From: Eubacteriales bacterium
Lineage (GTDB): Bacteria; Bacillota; Clostridia; Oscillospirales; SIG627
Assembly (NCBI GenBank): GCA_045543495.1
Contig: JAZQMO010000053.1
Location: 9,020 to 73,019, forward strand
Direction of reading: 5' to 3'
DNA: 64,000 nt
The position numbers and the translations under genes were made by a program. Numbering within the stretch: position 1 is the first letter of the stretch; the number at the start of each line of letters is the position of its first letter. A model generated the notes under the pieces. That model worked only from the letters and a program-made list of their open reading frames with translations. It was not told where the DNA came from and searched no databases. Shown here one piece after another: positions 47,028 through 56,249 of this stretch.

Positions 47028-48239
47028 TTACAGGATCCCTTTTTTTCTCAACTCATTGATTTCATTTTCGGTATATCCGTATTCCGAAAGGACTTCCTCC
47101 GTGTCGGCTCCGATGGCCCTTGTGGGCAGGGTTTCAAGCTTTCCTACGGAGTCCATTTCAATGGGACTTGACGCTACCTTATAGGTCACACCGTTTGGAT
47201 AGGTCACCTCATTGAGGTAGCCGTTGGCAAGTGCCTGTTCATCCTCGGAAACCTCACTGAAATGCTGCATTTTTACAATGGGGATATCCGCTTCTCGGGC
47301 AAAGGCGAGCCATTCCTCGGAGCTGCGCTCCAGCATAGCCTTGCGGATGATCTCATACAGCTCGGCGGCATTTTCCTTTCTTGCCTCGGCGGTGTTGAAT
47401 TTGGGATCGGATATCATATCCTCTCGACCGATAATGGTAAATACCTTGGCGATCAACTTTTCCGCATAACCGGAGGCAATGTAAACATATCTTCCGTCCT
47501 TGCAAAGGTAGTCACCGTAAGCAACACCCAGATTCTCCCGCTTGCGGGGATAAACCGCACCGTCAGGCCCTTGGGTTGCGATCTGCATAGCGCCCATGGC
47601 AAAAATCCCGTTGTGGAAGAGGGAAGAGCGCACATAGTCTCCCTTTCCCGTTTGATGTCGCATCAAAAGCGCGGCGCAGACCTGCGTGGCCAAGGTCATT
47701 CCCGTAAAGTTGTCACCAACGGAGGAAGGTGGGAAGACAGGGTGGTAATCCTCGGACAGGGGAGCCATATCCATAAGGAAGCCCGTTCTTGCCCAAAAGG
47801 CGGTGTGGTCAAAGGCGGGGTTGTCGGCATCGGGGCCGTTTTCCCCGTAGCCCAAGCCGATGGCGTAAATCAGCCTTGGGTAGCGCTCCTTCAGGGAAGG
47901 GTAATCCAGTCCCAGACGACGAAGCGCCTGCACCCGAAGATTGGTAACGAAAACATCAGCTTTTTCCAAAAGCTTATGACAGATCTCGATCCCTTCGGTC
48001 GTTTTCAGATTCAGGCAAACATTTCTCTTTCCCGTGTTGTTAATGTCATATCCGGGGTTTACCTCGTCGCTGAAGCGATTCGGGCCCGTAGCCTTGGCGG
48101 TCTCTCTCCAGGCGTTTCCCGAGGCCCGCTCAATTTTAATGACCTCTGCGCCAAGGTCGGCAAGGATCCTTGCACATACGGGGGCCGATACATAATCGGC
48201 AAGTTCAATCACCTTGATTCCGGATAGAGGTTTTGCCAT
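47028..48239 (-). CDS. family III CoA-transferase (CaiB/BaiF/HadA-like)
   Basis: 403 aa from ATG 48239 after AAAGGAG. MAKPLSGIKVIELADYVSAPVCARILADLGAEVIKIE..., ADVFVTNLRVQAL and LGYGENGPDADNPAFDHTAFWARTG resemble HadA/FldA/CaiB. Confidence 0.85.
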   Translation of the reverse strand: MAKPLSGIKVIELADYVSAPVCARILADLGAEVIKIERASGNAWRETAKATGPNRFSDEVNPGYDINNTGKRNVCLNLKTTEGIEICHKLLEKADVFVTNLRVQALRRLGLDYPSLKERYPRLIYAIGLGYGENGPDADNPAFDHTAFWARTGFLMDMAPLSEDYHPVFPPSSVGDNFTGMTLATQVCAALLMRHQTGKGDYVRSSLFHNGIFAMGAMQIATQGPDGAVYPRKRENLGVAYGDYLCKDGRYVYIASGYAEKLIAKVFTIIGREDMISDPKFNTAEARKENAAELYEIIRKAMLERSSEEWLAFAREADIPIVKMQHFSEVSEDEQALANGYLNEVTYPNGVTYKVASSPIEMDSVGKLETLPTRAIGADTEEVLSEYGYTENEINELRKKGIL

Positions 48240-48282
48240 ATTTATTTCTCCTTTGCATTTCCTGTGGTCTTGCTTTGCCAAA

Positions 48283-48467
48283 TCAGCCGCCGAACACATT
48301 GGCCAGCTTTTTCTTCAAACTCTCATCCCCTTCGATCGGAAGTGCACCGCGGGGGTCGAAATTACGTTCATCGGATACGCAGTTTTCCACGAGGAAATTG
48401 TTACCGCCGATGCGAAGGGACGGTCACAAATTCTTGCACCGTAGTCCCGTATATTAAAGATCTTCAT
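48283..48467 (-). pseudogene. degraded gene remnant (GH28/pectate-lyase-fold-like N-terminus, then a frame break)
   Basis: A strong RBS (AAGGAGGAACGGGAGAAT) and ATG 48467 give MKIFNIRDYGARICDR, a typical start of family-28-type hydrolases. The frame then becomes nonsense and stops at 48315. A different frame (48417 to the stop at 48283-48285) reads LRIGGNNFLVENCVSDERNFDPRGALPIEGDESLKKKLANVFGG without a start codon. Confidence 0.4.
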
Positions 48468-48504
48468 ATTCTCCCGTTCCTCCTTGGCGGCTTTTAACTT
48501 TTCC

Positions 48505-48533
48505 ATTATAACATGAAAAAGGTCTCATATCAA
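48505..48533 (-). promoter_or_regulatory. sigma-A promoter driving the remnant and the CoA-transferase
   Basis: The reverse strand reads TTGATA (48528-33), 17 nt, TGtTATAAT (-10 at 48505-10). Confidence 0.5.
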
Positions 48534-48551
48534 TTGATTTTTGAAAGATAT

Positions 48552-48588
48552 AAAGGAGCGGTGCACTCTATCGGCACACTGCTCCTTT
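48552..48588 (-). terminator. intrinsic terminator downstream of the CitMHS gene
   Basis: AAAGGAGCGGTGC ... GCACACTGCTCCTTT, an imperfect hairpin followed on the reverse strand by TTTATATCTTT. Confidence 0.45.
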
Positions 48589-48591
48589 GCA

Positions 48592-49923
48592 TTAAAAGGT
48601 AAACAAACCGGTTAGACAGGCGAAGGCGGTCATGGCAACCGTAACCAAAATAAAGTATTTTAAGCAGTATTTTTGCCAAGCGCCGATATCAAGGTCCAAC
48701 AGTCCCGTGAAGAGGAAGAAGGTACCGACCATGGGGCTGGTAGGCCAGCCCACGGTCATTTGACCGATGATGGAGGCTCTGGCAATGTCAATGCCGTCTG
48801 TTCCAAGCTTTTCCGCCGTTTCGATCAAAATGGGCATAATGCCGTAGTAATAAGAATCGGCATCAAAGAGAATGGAGAGGGGAATGGTAAACACGCCGAT
48901 GATGGGAGCCAAAAACCTTGAGATCGCTTCGGGGATCAGCTGCACCAGCGTGGTTGCCATGGCAGTTGACATTCCCGATTTTCCCATAATGCCCATGAGA
49001 ATGCCTGCGGCAAATATGATACAGGTCAGACCGATGGCGTCCTTGCCCTTGTCCTCTAAAAGCTTTCTCTGTAAGGCGCTTTCACGGTAATTGACGATCA
49101 GCGCCAGCGCAGTTCCGATCATAAAGACAACAAGAGGCTTTAGAATACCGCTGATCAGAAGAACAATGGTGAAAACAATCAGGAGCCAGTTTACAAGGAT
49201 CAATTTGGGGCGGCGCATTTCGATTTGCTCCTCTGTTAACTGCGGAGCAAATTCGTTCATATCCAATTGATTTTTGTCCGTCAGTACCCCTTCTGTGATC
49301 AGTCGTTTTCTTTCTTTTATGCCGATCCCGATGCAGAGCATTAACGCAACCGCCATTCCGAAAATCTGGGTGGGAATAAAGGGAATCCAAAATTCCATCA
49401 CATCCATTTCCAGAACCGTGGCTGCTCGCATGGTAGGGCCACCCCAGGGAATGGCATTCATAATTCCCGCACCCAAGCCCAAGGCCATGGCAAAGGAAGT
49501 GTTTTTCATTTTTAAGCGCTTGAAGATGGGCAGCATGGGAGGAACCACCAATAGGCAGGTGACCACTCCCGATCCATCCAAATGCACGATGCCGGCGAAC
49601 AGAAATACGCCGATCATCAAGCGCACGGGATCTCCCTTGGTTGCCTTGATGATGCGATTGACTATGGGATCAAAAGCGCCTGTTTCGCTTAAAATTCCAA
49701 AAAAGGCTACAGAGAAAATAAACATTACTCCCGTTTGGGCGATGGAGGAAACTCCGTCCATAATGTAGTCTCCCAGATTTGCCCCTTTTCCGATGATGAG
49801 GCAGGTGATGATGGGAATCGTGGCGATGGCCACGAAGGGGGTGACCCATTTTCTGTTTAATACCAGAAGAATGGCGGCAATGGTAAGAAAGCCTGCGATA
49901 CTCAATACTACGGTTTCTGACAT
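48592..49923 (-). CDS. CitMHS-family (citrate-Mg/H+ symporter-like) carboxylate transporter
   Basis: 443 aa. The N-terminal layout ...GVMFIFSVAFFGILSETGAFDPIVNRIIKATKGDPVRLMIG...HLDGSG... parallels B. subtilis CitM/CitH as I recall them. Confidence 0.75.
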   Translation of the reverse strand: MSETVVLSIAGFLTIAAILLVLNRKWVTPFVAIATIPIITCLIIGKGANLGDYIMDGVSSIAQTGVMFIFSVAFFGILSETGAFDPIVNRIIKATKGDPVRLMIGVFLFAGIVHLDGSGVVTCLLVVPPMLPIFKRLKMKNTSFAMALGLGAGIMNAIPWGGPTMRAATVLEMDVMEFWIPFIPTQIFGMAVALMLCIGIGIKERKRLITEGVLTDKNQLDMNEFAPQLTEEQIEMRRPKLILVNWLLIVFTIVLLISGILKPLVVFMIGTALALIVNYRESALQRKLLEDKGKDAIGLTCIIFAAGILMGIMGKSGMSTAMATTLVQLIPEAISRFLAPIIGVFTIPLSILFDADSYYYGIMPILIETAEKLGTDGIDIARASIIGQMTVGWPTSPMVGTFFLFTGLLDLDIGAWQKYCLKYFILVTVAMTAFACLTGLFTF

Positions 49924-49969
49924 AGGATTCTCCTTTAAATTTGATGTTTTGAAAGTGGTTTTATGTCTG

Positions 49970-49998
49970 TTGACAGAACATTTTTGTCGGGCTATAAT
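49970..49998 (+). promoter_or_regulatory. consensus sigma-A promoter for lysR
   Basis: TTGACA (49970-75), 17 nt, TATAAT (49993-98). Confidence 0.55.
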
Positions 49999-50034
49999 AA
50001 GATCTACGAAAAATATAGAAAAACGGAGTAAATT

Positions 50035-50982
50035 ATGAAACAGCAGGAGATCAACGCTTTTTTGGCAATCGCAAAGTATGGAACCATCTCTGCGGCGGCC
50101 CTTGCCTTGAACTATGCTCAGCCCACCGTTTCAGGTTCCCTGCAGCAATTGGAGCAGTCACTGGGGGGGATCCGACTTGTGAAGCGTACCAAGGGGAAGA
50201 GGGAAGTGGAACTGACACCTGCGGGAAGGGATTTTTATCATCTCGCTAAGCAACACGCAGAGCTGGATGAACGCTTTGAGCGCTTTGTCAAGGAGCACCA
50301 GAAGGGTACCCTTCGCTTGGCCGCCAGCGTTGTATCCCATCAATACATCGTTTGTCATTTGATCCAAAAACTGATGCGCGTAATTCCTGATGTGGAGATC
50401 CGATTGAGCACCCTTGAAATCAAGGATGTGGAACAGGCGATGGAGGATCATTCCTTTGATATTGCCATTTCGTATGATTCGCCGAATGGGGTGGGGTCCT
50501 TGCTGAATCATATTCGAAAAGTGCCGCTTTTTACCGAGGAATACTGCATTCTTTGCCCCATAGAAACACCGCTTGCCGATCGCACCCTTTCTCCAAAGGA
50601 TCTTGAAATGGATTTTGAGGTTGTGCATCAGGGCTATGGGAACCGGCTTCTTCAAAAATGGCGGGAGGAAAACGGCCTTGCGGCGGAAAAACCCTATTTT
50701 ACCACAAGCAGTATGCTCTCCGTTCATAACTATTTGATGGATCCTCGCTGTTGGGGATGGACTCTCAGCAATGCGGCTCATCAGGCCGTAGCCGCTCATC
50801 CCGACGCTTTGACCGTTCGCCGTGTTTTACCCGCTCCCGAATCTCGTACCTGCAGTGCTTTGATCTCGGAACATTATCCGGAAGAAGCTGTGATCCAATC
50901 TTTTCTTCAGTGTATGGATGAATTCGTGGCGGAAAACCCGTATTTGGAACGGTGCAAAGAGCCTTTGTATACAATTCTGTAA
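50035..50982 (+). CDS. LysR family transcriptional regulator
   Basis: 315 aa. N-terminal HTH MKQQEINAFLAIAKYGTISAAALALNYAQPTVSGSLQQLE. Divergent from the CitMHS gene. Confidence 0.85.
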   Translation: MKQQEINAFLAIAKYGTISAAALALNYAQPTVSGSLQQLEQSLGGIRLVKRTKGKREVELTPAGRDFYHLAKQHAELDERFERFVKEHQKGTLRLAASVVSHQYIVCHLIQKLMRVIPDVEIRLSTLEIKDVEQAMEDHSFDIAISYDSPNGVGSLLNHIRKVPLFTEEYCILCPIETPLADRTLSPKDLEMDFEVVHQGYGNRLLQKWREENGLAAEKPYFTTSSMLSVHNYLMDPRCWGWTLSNAAHQAVAAHPDALTVRRVLPAPESRTCSALISEHYPEEAVIQSFLQCMDEFVAENPYLERCKEPLYTIL

Positions 50983-51233
50983 ACTATATTTTACAAGAAA
51001 ACAATTCATTTATAAAATAGAAATATAGTTTGAATTTCACTTTAAAATATAGGATAATGCTATATATTTCAAAAGGTTCTTTTGATTGGGGTCAATCATA
51101 TAGAGATCCGATGGAAAGTATTTCAATTTGGTATGCATCCTTTTTAAAAAATGCACATTTAGCATAGGGATTTACCTTGCAATTATGTCATTTTCGGTGT
51201 ATAATAGGCTGAAATCTCAAGAGGAGTAAACCT

Positions 51234-52493
51234 ATGGATGCTTTGTCTTTAATTGTTTTCATTGCGGTGATCGCCGCCGCGTTCATTTTTAAGGTAAATA
51301 CGGGCTTTGCTGCCATTACGGCTTCCTTGGTGCTTGTGTGGGCCGCCGATCTTCCGGAGAAATTCATCCTCTCCTCCTTTGACAGCAAAATGTTTTTGAT
51401 GCTGTTTGGAGTGATGTATCTTTTTTGTATTGCTCAGGAAAACAAAACTCTTGATGTTTTGGCAAGAAAGGTCATCTCCCTTTGCAGAGGTAAGGTAAAG
51501 CTCTTCCCTGTGATCCTGTTCCTTTTGGGGGCGCTTCTCTCTGCCATTGGCCCGGGGCTTATTTCCGTAACTGCCTTGATGGCGGCCATCATTGTGGCCT
51601 TGGCCAAGCAAACGGGCTGTAGCGCCATCAGTCTCTTGCCCTTCGGTACCTTAGGCTCCTTTGCAGGCGGTCTTTCTCCCATTACCCCCTCGGGCATCGT
51701 AGCCGTAACCAAGGCAAGCGAAGCGGGGATCGAGGGTCTGGCAGGGCCTTTGAATTTGAAAATGGCCTTGATCAATGTTCTCTTTGCCGCAGTGCTTTAT
51801 TTCTTTGTTTTCAAATGGCATAAATTCACTCCCGCACTCGATAAAAGCGAGGGCGAGGAGGAAAAGGTGCCTCCCTTCACCGCCAAGCAATGGGCAACCC
51901 TTGCGGGAATTGCGGCTGTTGCGGTGATGGCATTTTTCAATGTCAACGTTGGCCTTGCCGCCGTTTGTGTTGCCGTTTTGTTGACCGTGTTCCGCTGTGC
52001 GGACGAAGCCGCCGCCTTAAAAAAGGTCTCTTGGGGGACCCTGTTGATGATTACGGGCGTTGGTATTCTCATCTCCTTGGTAACTGAGCTTGGCGGCATT
52101 GACCTTTTGTGCAACGGCCTGCAAAAGATGGTTGGGAACAATACCGCCTCTGCCATTATGTGCTTCTTGGCGGGTGTGATGAGCTGGTTTTCCTCTGCCT
52201 CGGGTGTGGTAATGCCCACCTTGATCCCCACCGTTCCCGCCTTGGCCTCTGCTTTAACGGGCGGCAGTGCTCTTGTGATCACGGTTGGCCTTTGCATCGG
52301 TGCTCATATGGCGGCCCTCAGCCCCTTGTCCAGCTGTGGTGGCCTGATGCTGGCGGCTTATTCCTCGTCCGGCGAGGTTTCCGCCAAGGATCGCAACCGT
52401 GCCTTTCTTCAGCTTTTCGCCATGTCCTGCGGCGGCTTGCTGTTAGCTACCGTTCTGGCCCTTTTGGAAGGTCTGATCCGTAGCGTTTTGTAA
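51234..52493 (+). CDS. ion-transporter-superfamily permease (ArsB/NhaD/CitMHS/SLC13-like anion permease)
   Basis: 419 aa, about 11-12 TMs with two similar halves and a central hydrophilic loop (ALDKSEGEEEKVPPFTAKQW). Assigned from architecture only. Confidence 0.55.
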   Translation: MDALSLIVFIAVIAAAFIFKVNTGFAAITASLVLVWAADLPEKFILSSFDSKMFLMLFGVMYLFCIAQENKTLDVLARKVISLCRGKVKLFPVILFLLGALLSAIGPGLISVTALMAAIIVALAKQTGCSAISLLPFGTLGSFAGGLSPITPSGIVAVTKASEAGIEGLAGPLNLKMALINVLFAAVLYFFVFKWHKFTPALDKSEGEEEKVPPFTAKQWATLAGIAAVAVMAFFNVNVGLAAVCVAVLLTVFRCADEAAALKKVSWGTLLMITGVGILISLVTELGGIDLLCNGLQKMVGNNTASAIMCFLAGVMSWFSSASGVVMPTLIPTVPALASALTGGSALVITVGLCIGAHMAALSPLSSCGGLMLAAYSSSGEVSAKDRNRAFLQLFAMSCGGLLLATVLALLEGLIRSVL

Positions 52494-52511
52494 GAAATAG
52501 CATCAAAATCG

Positions 52512-52540
52512 ATCCCCCTCCGATGGGAGGGGGATTTTTG
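52512..52540 (+). terminator. intrinsic terminator
   Basis: ATCCCCCTCC-gatg-GGAGGGGGAT followed by TTTTG. Confidence 0.7.
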
Positions 52541-52635
52541 GTTGTTTTTTTGATTTCCGCTGCGGAAAGCCTTGTAATTTATAAATCGTCATAGTAAAAT
52601 AATATTGTATAATAAGAAAAGAAGGAGAGAGCCTT

Positions 52636-53397
52636 GTGAATCAAAAGAATGATTACATCGGCGTTTTTGATTCCGGTGTGGGAGGCATCAGCGTACTGAG
52701 GCAGCTAAAGAAGCTTCTGCCGCAGGAGAAGTTTTTGTATTACGGAGATTGTGCCAATGCACCCTACGGCAAGCGCACCACCGCAGAGGTAAAAGAATTG
52801 ACCCTGTCTGCGGTTGAAAAGATGTTGTCCTTTGGGTTAAAGGCCCTTGTGATCGCCTGCAATACCGCTACCGCTGCGGCCATAGGAACCCTTCGGGAGC
52901 GCTATCCCGAGCTGATCGTCATTGGGATCGAGCCCGCGCTGAAGCCCGCTGTGGAACAGTTCCCGGGCGGGCGCATCGGCATTATGGCAACGAATGTAAC
53001 CCTGCGGGAGGAAAAGCTTGATCGTTTGTTGCACCGTTTTGATGGCTTATCTTCCATCCAAAAGATTCCCGCCCCCGGCCTCGTGGAGCTTGTGGAAGCG
53101 GGAAAAGCCGATTCTGCCGATGTGCTTTTGGAAGAGATCTTGCATCCCTATAAGGATAGGCTTGATGCCTTGATCTTAGGCTGTACCCATTATCCCTTTG
53201 TGGCGTCCGCCATATCCCGAATCTTGGGGCCGAAGGTGATGCTGTTTGACGGTGGAGAGGGAACCGCCCGCGAAACCTTGCGGCGCTTGGAAAAAGCGGA
53301 TCTTTTCCACGACGGAAACGGCGAGATTATATGGAAAATCACCTCTGAAAATGACAAGGTTCTTTCCCTTTGTGAAAAGCTTTTGAATCAAGGATAG
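52636..53397 (+). CDS. murI: glutamate racemase
   Basis: 253 aa, GTG start after GAAGGAGAGAG. Motifs FDSGVGG, IACNTA and GCTHYP. Confidence 0.85.
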   Translation: MNQKNDYIGVFDSGVGGISVLRQLKKLLPQEKFLYYGDCANAPYGKRTTAEVKELTLSAVEKMLSFGLKALVIACNTATAAAIGTLRERYPELIVIGIEPALKPAVEQFPGGRIGIMATNVTLREEKLDRLLHRFDGLSSIQKIPAPGLVELVEAGKADSADVLLEEILHPYKDRLDALILGCTHYPFVASAISRILGPKVMLFDGGEGTARETLRRLEKADLFHDGNGEIIWKITSENDKVLSLCEKLLNQG

Positions 53398-53407
53398 GGT
53401 GACCGAG

Positions 53408-54013
53408 ATGAAATTGAATGAAACACTTCTGATGCTTCGAAAGCAAAAGGGCTTGACCCAAGAGGAGCTTTCCGAGGCGCTGTTTGTCTCCCGAGCAGCT
53501 GTTTCCAAATGGGAATCGGGGAGGGGATATCCCGGCATTGATTCCCTAATGGAAATTGCAAAATTCTTTGGGGTAACGGTTGATGATCTTCTGTCGGGGG
53601 AAGAGATCTTAACCTTGGCGCGAGAAGAAACCAAGAAAAAAGAAAATTCTGTTTTTGACTTGGTGTTCGGTCTTATGGATTGCAGTATTGCCATGCTCTT
53701 TTTTCTCCCGTTCTTCAGGCAAAAGGCGGACGGTATTTTGCAAGAGGTCTCCCTCCTTTCTTTGTCGGAGATTGCGCCCTATTTGAGAACGGTTTATATT
53801 CTCGTTGTGGCAGGAATAACCGTATTGGGAATTTTAACTCTTGCTTTGCAAAATTGTTCCTTTTCCTTTTGGTCTCGGTTCAAGACCGCGGCCTCCTTCT
53901 TCCTCAGCGCCGTGGGAGCATTGCTCTTTATGATTGGGCTACAGCCCTATGCGGCGTCATTTTTGTTTCTCCTTCTTTTGGTCAAGGTGTTTTTGCGGTC
54001 AAAGCGCTTGTGA
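53408..54013 (+). CDS. XRE-family HTH protein with C-terminal transmembrane segments
   Basis: 201 aa from ATG 53408 (a GTG at 53399 is also possible). LRKQKGLTQEELSEALFVSRAAVSKWESGRGYPGIDSLMEIAKFFGVTVDDLL, then 3-4 TMs. Confidence 0.7.
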   Translation: MKLNETLLMLRKQKGLTQEELSEALFVSRAAVSKWESGRGYPGIDSLMEIAKFFGVTVDDLLSGEEILTLAREETKKKENSVFDLVFGLMDCSIAMLFFLPFFRQKADGILQEVSLLSLSEIAPYLRTVYILVVAGITVLGILTLALQNCSFSFWSRFKTAASFFLSAVGALLFMIGLQPYAASFLFLLLLVKVFLRSKRL

Positions 54014-54108
54014 TACGAATCGTATCACAGATGTGACCTCTCGTTTCTTGTCTTTTTTCGTTTCTTTCCTTAAAATGCTGTTGAATCCAATACAAAAAGG
54101 AGAAAAAA

Positions 54109-54756
54109 ATGAAAAAAGAAATAAAGAAATATTACGTTCTTCCAACGTTGTTTTTGACCGTCTTCCTGCTGTGGACAATTGCGGTCAGCACACTGGATGT
54201 GAGGGCCATCGGCCCCGAGGGATCAAGGGTTGGCTTTGCCGCTTTGAACCGATTGATCCACTCCCTTACAGGCGTAAATATGCTTCTGTATACCCTTACG
54301 GATTGGCTCTCTCTTGTGCCTGTCGGTCTGGTGGCGGGCTTTGCCCTTCTTGGCCTTTTCCAATGGATCAAAAGAAAAAGCATTTTTCAGGTAGATCACA
54401 GTATCCTGATTCTCGGAGGATTTTATGTTATCACTCTGACTCATTTTGTTCTCTTTGAATTCTTTCCTGTAAATTACAGACCCATCCTCGTTGATGGGCG
54501 ACTGGAAGCATCCTACCCATCCTCTACAACCTTGCTTGTAATGTGTGTGATCCCCACCGCCATGATGCAGTTGAAGGCACGTATCCAAAGTACCGTTTTG
54601 AGGCGATGGGTCTTGGCAGTTCTTGCCGTCTATATGGCTTTTATGGTAACGGCAAGGCTGATATCGGGCGTGCATTGGTTTACGGATATTGTCGGTGGCG
54701 CACTTCTGAGCACTGCCCTTGTTCTCCTGTACCGTGCCCTGATCAAGGAAACATAA
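54109..54756 (+). CDS. PAP2-family membrane phosphatase
   Basis: 215 aa. SYPSS and RLISGVHWFTDIVGG (SRxxxxxHxxxD-type motif). Confidence 0.8.
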   Translation: MKKEIKKYYVLPTLFLTVFLLWTIAVSTLDVRAIGPEGSRVGFAALNRLIHSLTGVNMLLYTLTDWLSLVPVGLVAGFALLGLFQWIKRKSIFQVDHSILILGGFYVITLTHFVLFEFFPVNYRPILVDGRLEASYPSSTTLLVMCVIPTAMMQLKARIQSTVLRRWVLAVLAVYMAFMVTARLISGVHWFTDIVGGALLSTALVLLYRALIKET

Positions 54757-54770
54757 TCAGGATCAAAAAA

Positions 54771-54810
54771 GCTGACTGATCTTTTCACAAGATCCGTCAG
54801 CACTTTTTTT
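54771..54810. terminator. bidirectional intrinsic terminator
   Basis: GCTGACTGATCTT-ttcac-AAGATCCGTCAGC followed by a T-run. Confidence 0.65.
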
Positions 54811-54827
54811 ATATTCCGATCAAAGGG

Positions 54828-55982
54828 TTAAAAGTTTAGCCCCATAGAGCAATGATAATCCTCGGTAAATTCCGTCACACCAAGGTCAAACAGGCGCTCA
54901 TATTCCGAAAAATCACGGCGCTTGATGTTCCAGGCCGATGCGAAAAATCCCGCCTTGCGAATGGCCCTTGCGATCTCTTCTGTGTAATGACTGAATTGAA
55001 TCTCGATACCCACCCGACAGGCTTTGGCATCGATCCCGCTGTTCAAGAGAGCGTCCACACGGCTGTCATCCCATTCCTTCACATCGAAGTTATATCCGTC
55101 AATTTCCGTTCCGAATACCGAATAGGCCGTTTGCAACTGTTCGATCCGAAAGCTCTTGATATGAAAATTCTTCAGGATGCCTCGCTCTTTCAGCATTTCC
55201 TTGATCTGATTCCACTGCTCCGCATCAAGTCCCGGATGGGTGCTGAACATAGGTCTCATTCCCGTTTTGGCACAGAGGTCAAAAAACTCCGAAAGAAGAG
55301 GGAGCTTTGCGCCCTTGTAGATCTCATTTTTATAGGAGCCGTATTCCCACCGTAAAAGCTCTTCGTAGGTCTTATCCCATACGTATATGGGCTCGGTGGG
55401 AGCGGTACCGCTTTGATCTCTTGCGGTTCTGTTGATGGTGTCGTCATGGATGCAAACAAGCTTACCGTCCAGCGTTACCTTCGGCACTACAATGCACGAA
55501 GAAAAGCCGCATACCGCCGCCAATTCAAAGGCGGGCATGGTGTTGTCGGGAGCAAGCCCCCAAAAGCCCAAATGAGCGTTGTATCTCGGGCCCCCGTTCC
55601 AATCAACGAGGGAGGCGGTGCGATCCGTGGAAAAACTGCGGATCTTCAATACCGTCCCGTGGGGTACATCAATTTTGACGGTAAAGGTCATCTCGGGCAA
55701 AAAGCAGGGCGGGATTCTCCAGGACTGCATGGTGTATTCATCCTTTTTTCCCAATTTGTAGCGGTGAGAGAGATAAAAAGGCTCCGTCTGTCCCTTGCAA
55801 GTCAAGGAAAATTCAATGCGGGTTTCCTCCCCTCCGCAAAAACAACTCAAAAAGCTTACCTCCGTGCACTTTAAGGAGCTATTTCCTTTGGCGCTCGCAG
55901 AGAAGCTTTTCCGAATCTCCAAAACACCGTCGGAAACAGTTCCGTATTGCTTCAATCCTTCAAAATCAATCATTTCGTTCAT
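54828..55982 (-). CDS. glycerophosphodiester phosphodiesterase-family protein with an N-terminal extra domain
   Basis: 384 aa from ATG 55982. NAHLGFWGLAPDNTMPAFELAA and DGKLVCIHDDTINRTA fit GDPD motifs. Confidence 0.7.
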   Translation of the reverse strand: MNEMIDFEGLKQYGTVSDGVLEIRKSFSASAKGNSSLKCTEVSFLSCFCGGEETRIEFSLTCKGQTEPFYLSHRYKLGKKDEYTMQSWRIPPCFLPEMTFTVKIDVPHGTVLKIRSFSTDRTASLVDWNGGPRYNAHLGFWGLAPDNTMPAFELAAVCGFSSCIVVPKVTLDGKLVCIHDDTINRTARDQSGTAPTEPIYVWDKTYEELLRWEYGSYKNEIYKGAKLPLLSEFFDLCAKTGMRPMFSTHPGLDAEQWNQIKEMLKERGILKNFHIKSFRIEQLQTAYSVFGTEIDGYNFDVKEWDDSRVDALLNSGIDAKACRVGIEIQFSHYTEEIARAIRKAGFFASAWNIKRRDFSEYERLFDLGVTEFTEDYHCSMGLNF

Positions 55983-56249
55983 TGTTATTTCCTTTATTTT
56001 TTTCCTTTGACAAAATGCCCCACCGCTTCCGGCAGGGCATAAATCATTGTCAGGAATGAAATTTTTTGTAATGTTACTCGCACTCGTTATTCCCATTCAT
56101 TTTTGAGTTTCTTATTTGGCTTATTTATACCCTAAATAATATCCCAAACGGCGGTTTTGAGCCCGATTTTCCAACCATTATTTTATTTATCAAAATTCTT
56201 GTTGCAGAAAAAGTTGCAAAATCATCTGCGGGATAGTGCCGAGTGACTT

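Noticed and set aside
47262-48227. 321-aa + strand ORF
   Set aside because: It is antisense to the CoA-transferase gene and is a shadow ORF.
48315-48506. 63-aa ORF as a genuine small protein or leader peptide
   Set aside because: Only the first ~16 residues after the internal RBS-linked Met look protein-like. The rest is out of frame relative to the neighbouring conserved-looking frame. It is more parsimonious to treat it as a deletion remnant, and it is listed as a pseudogene with low confidence.
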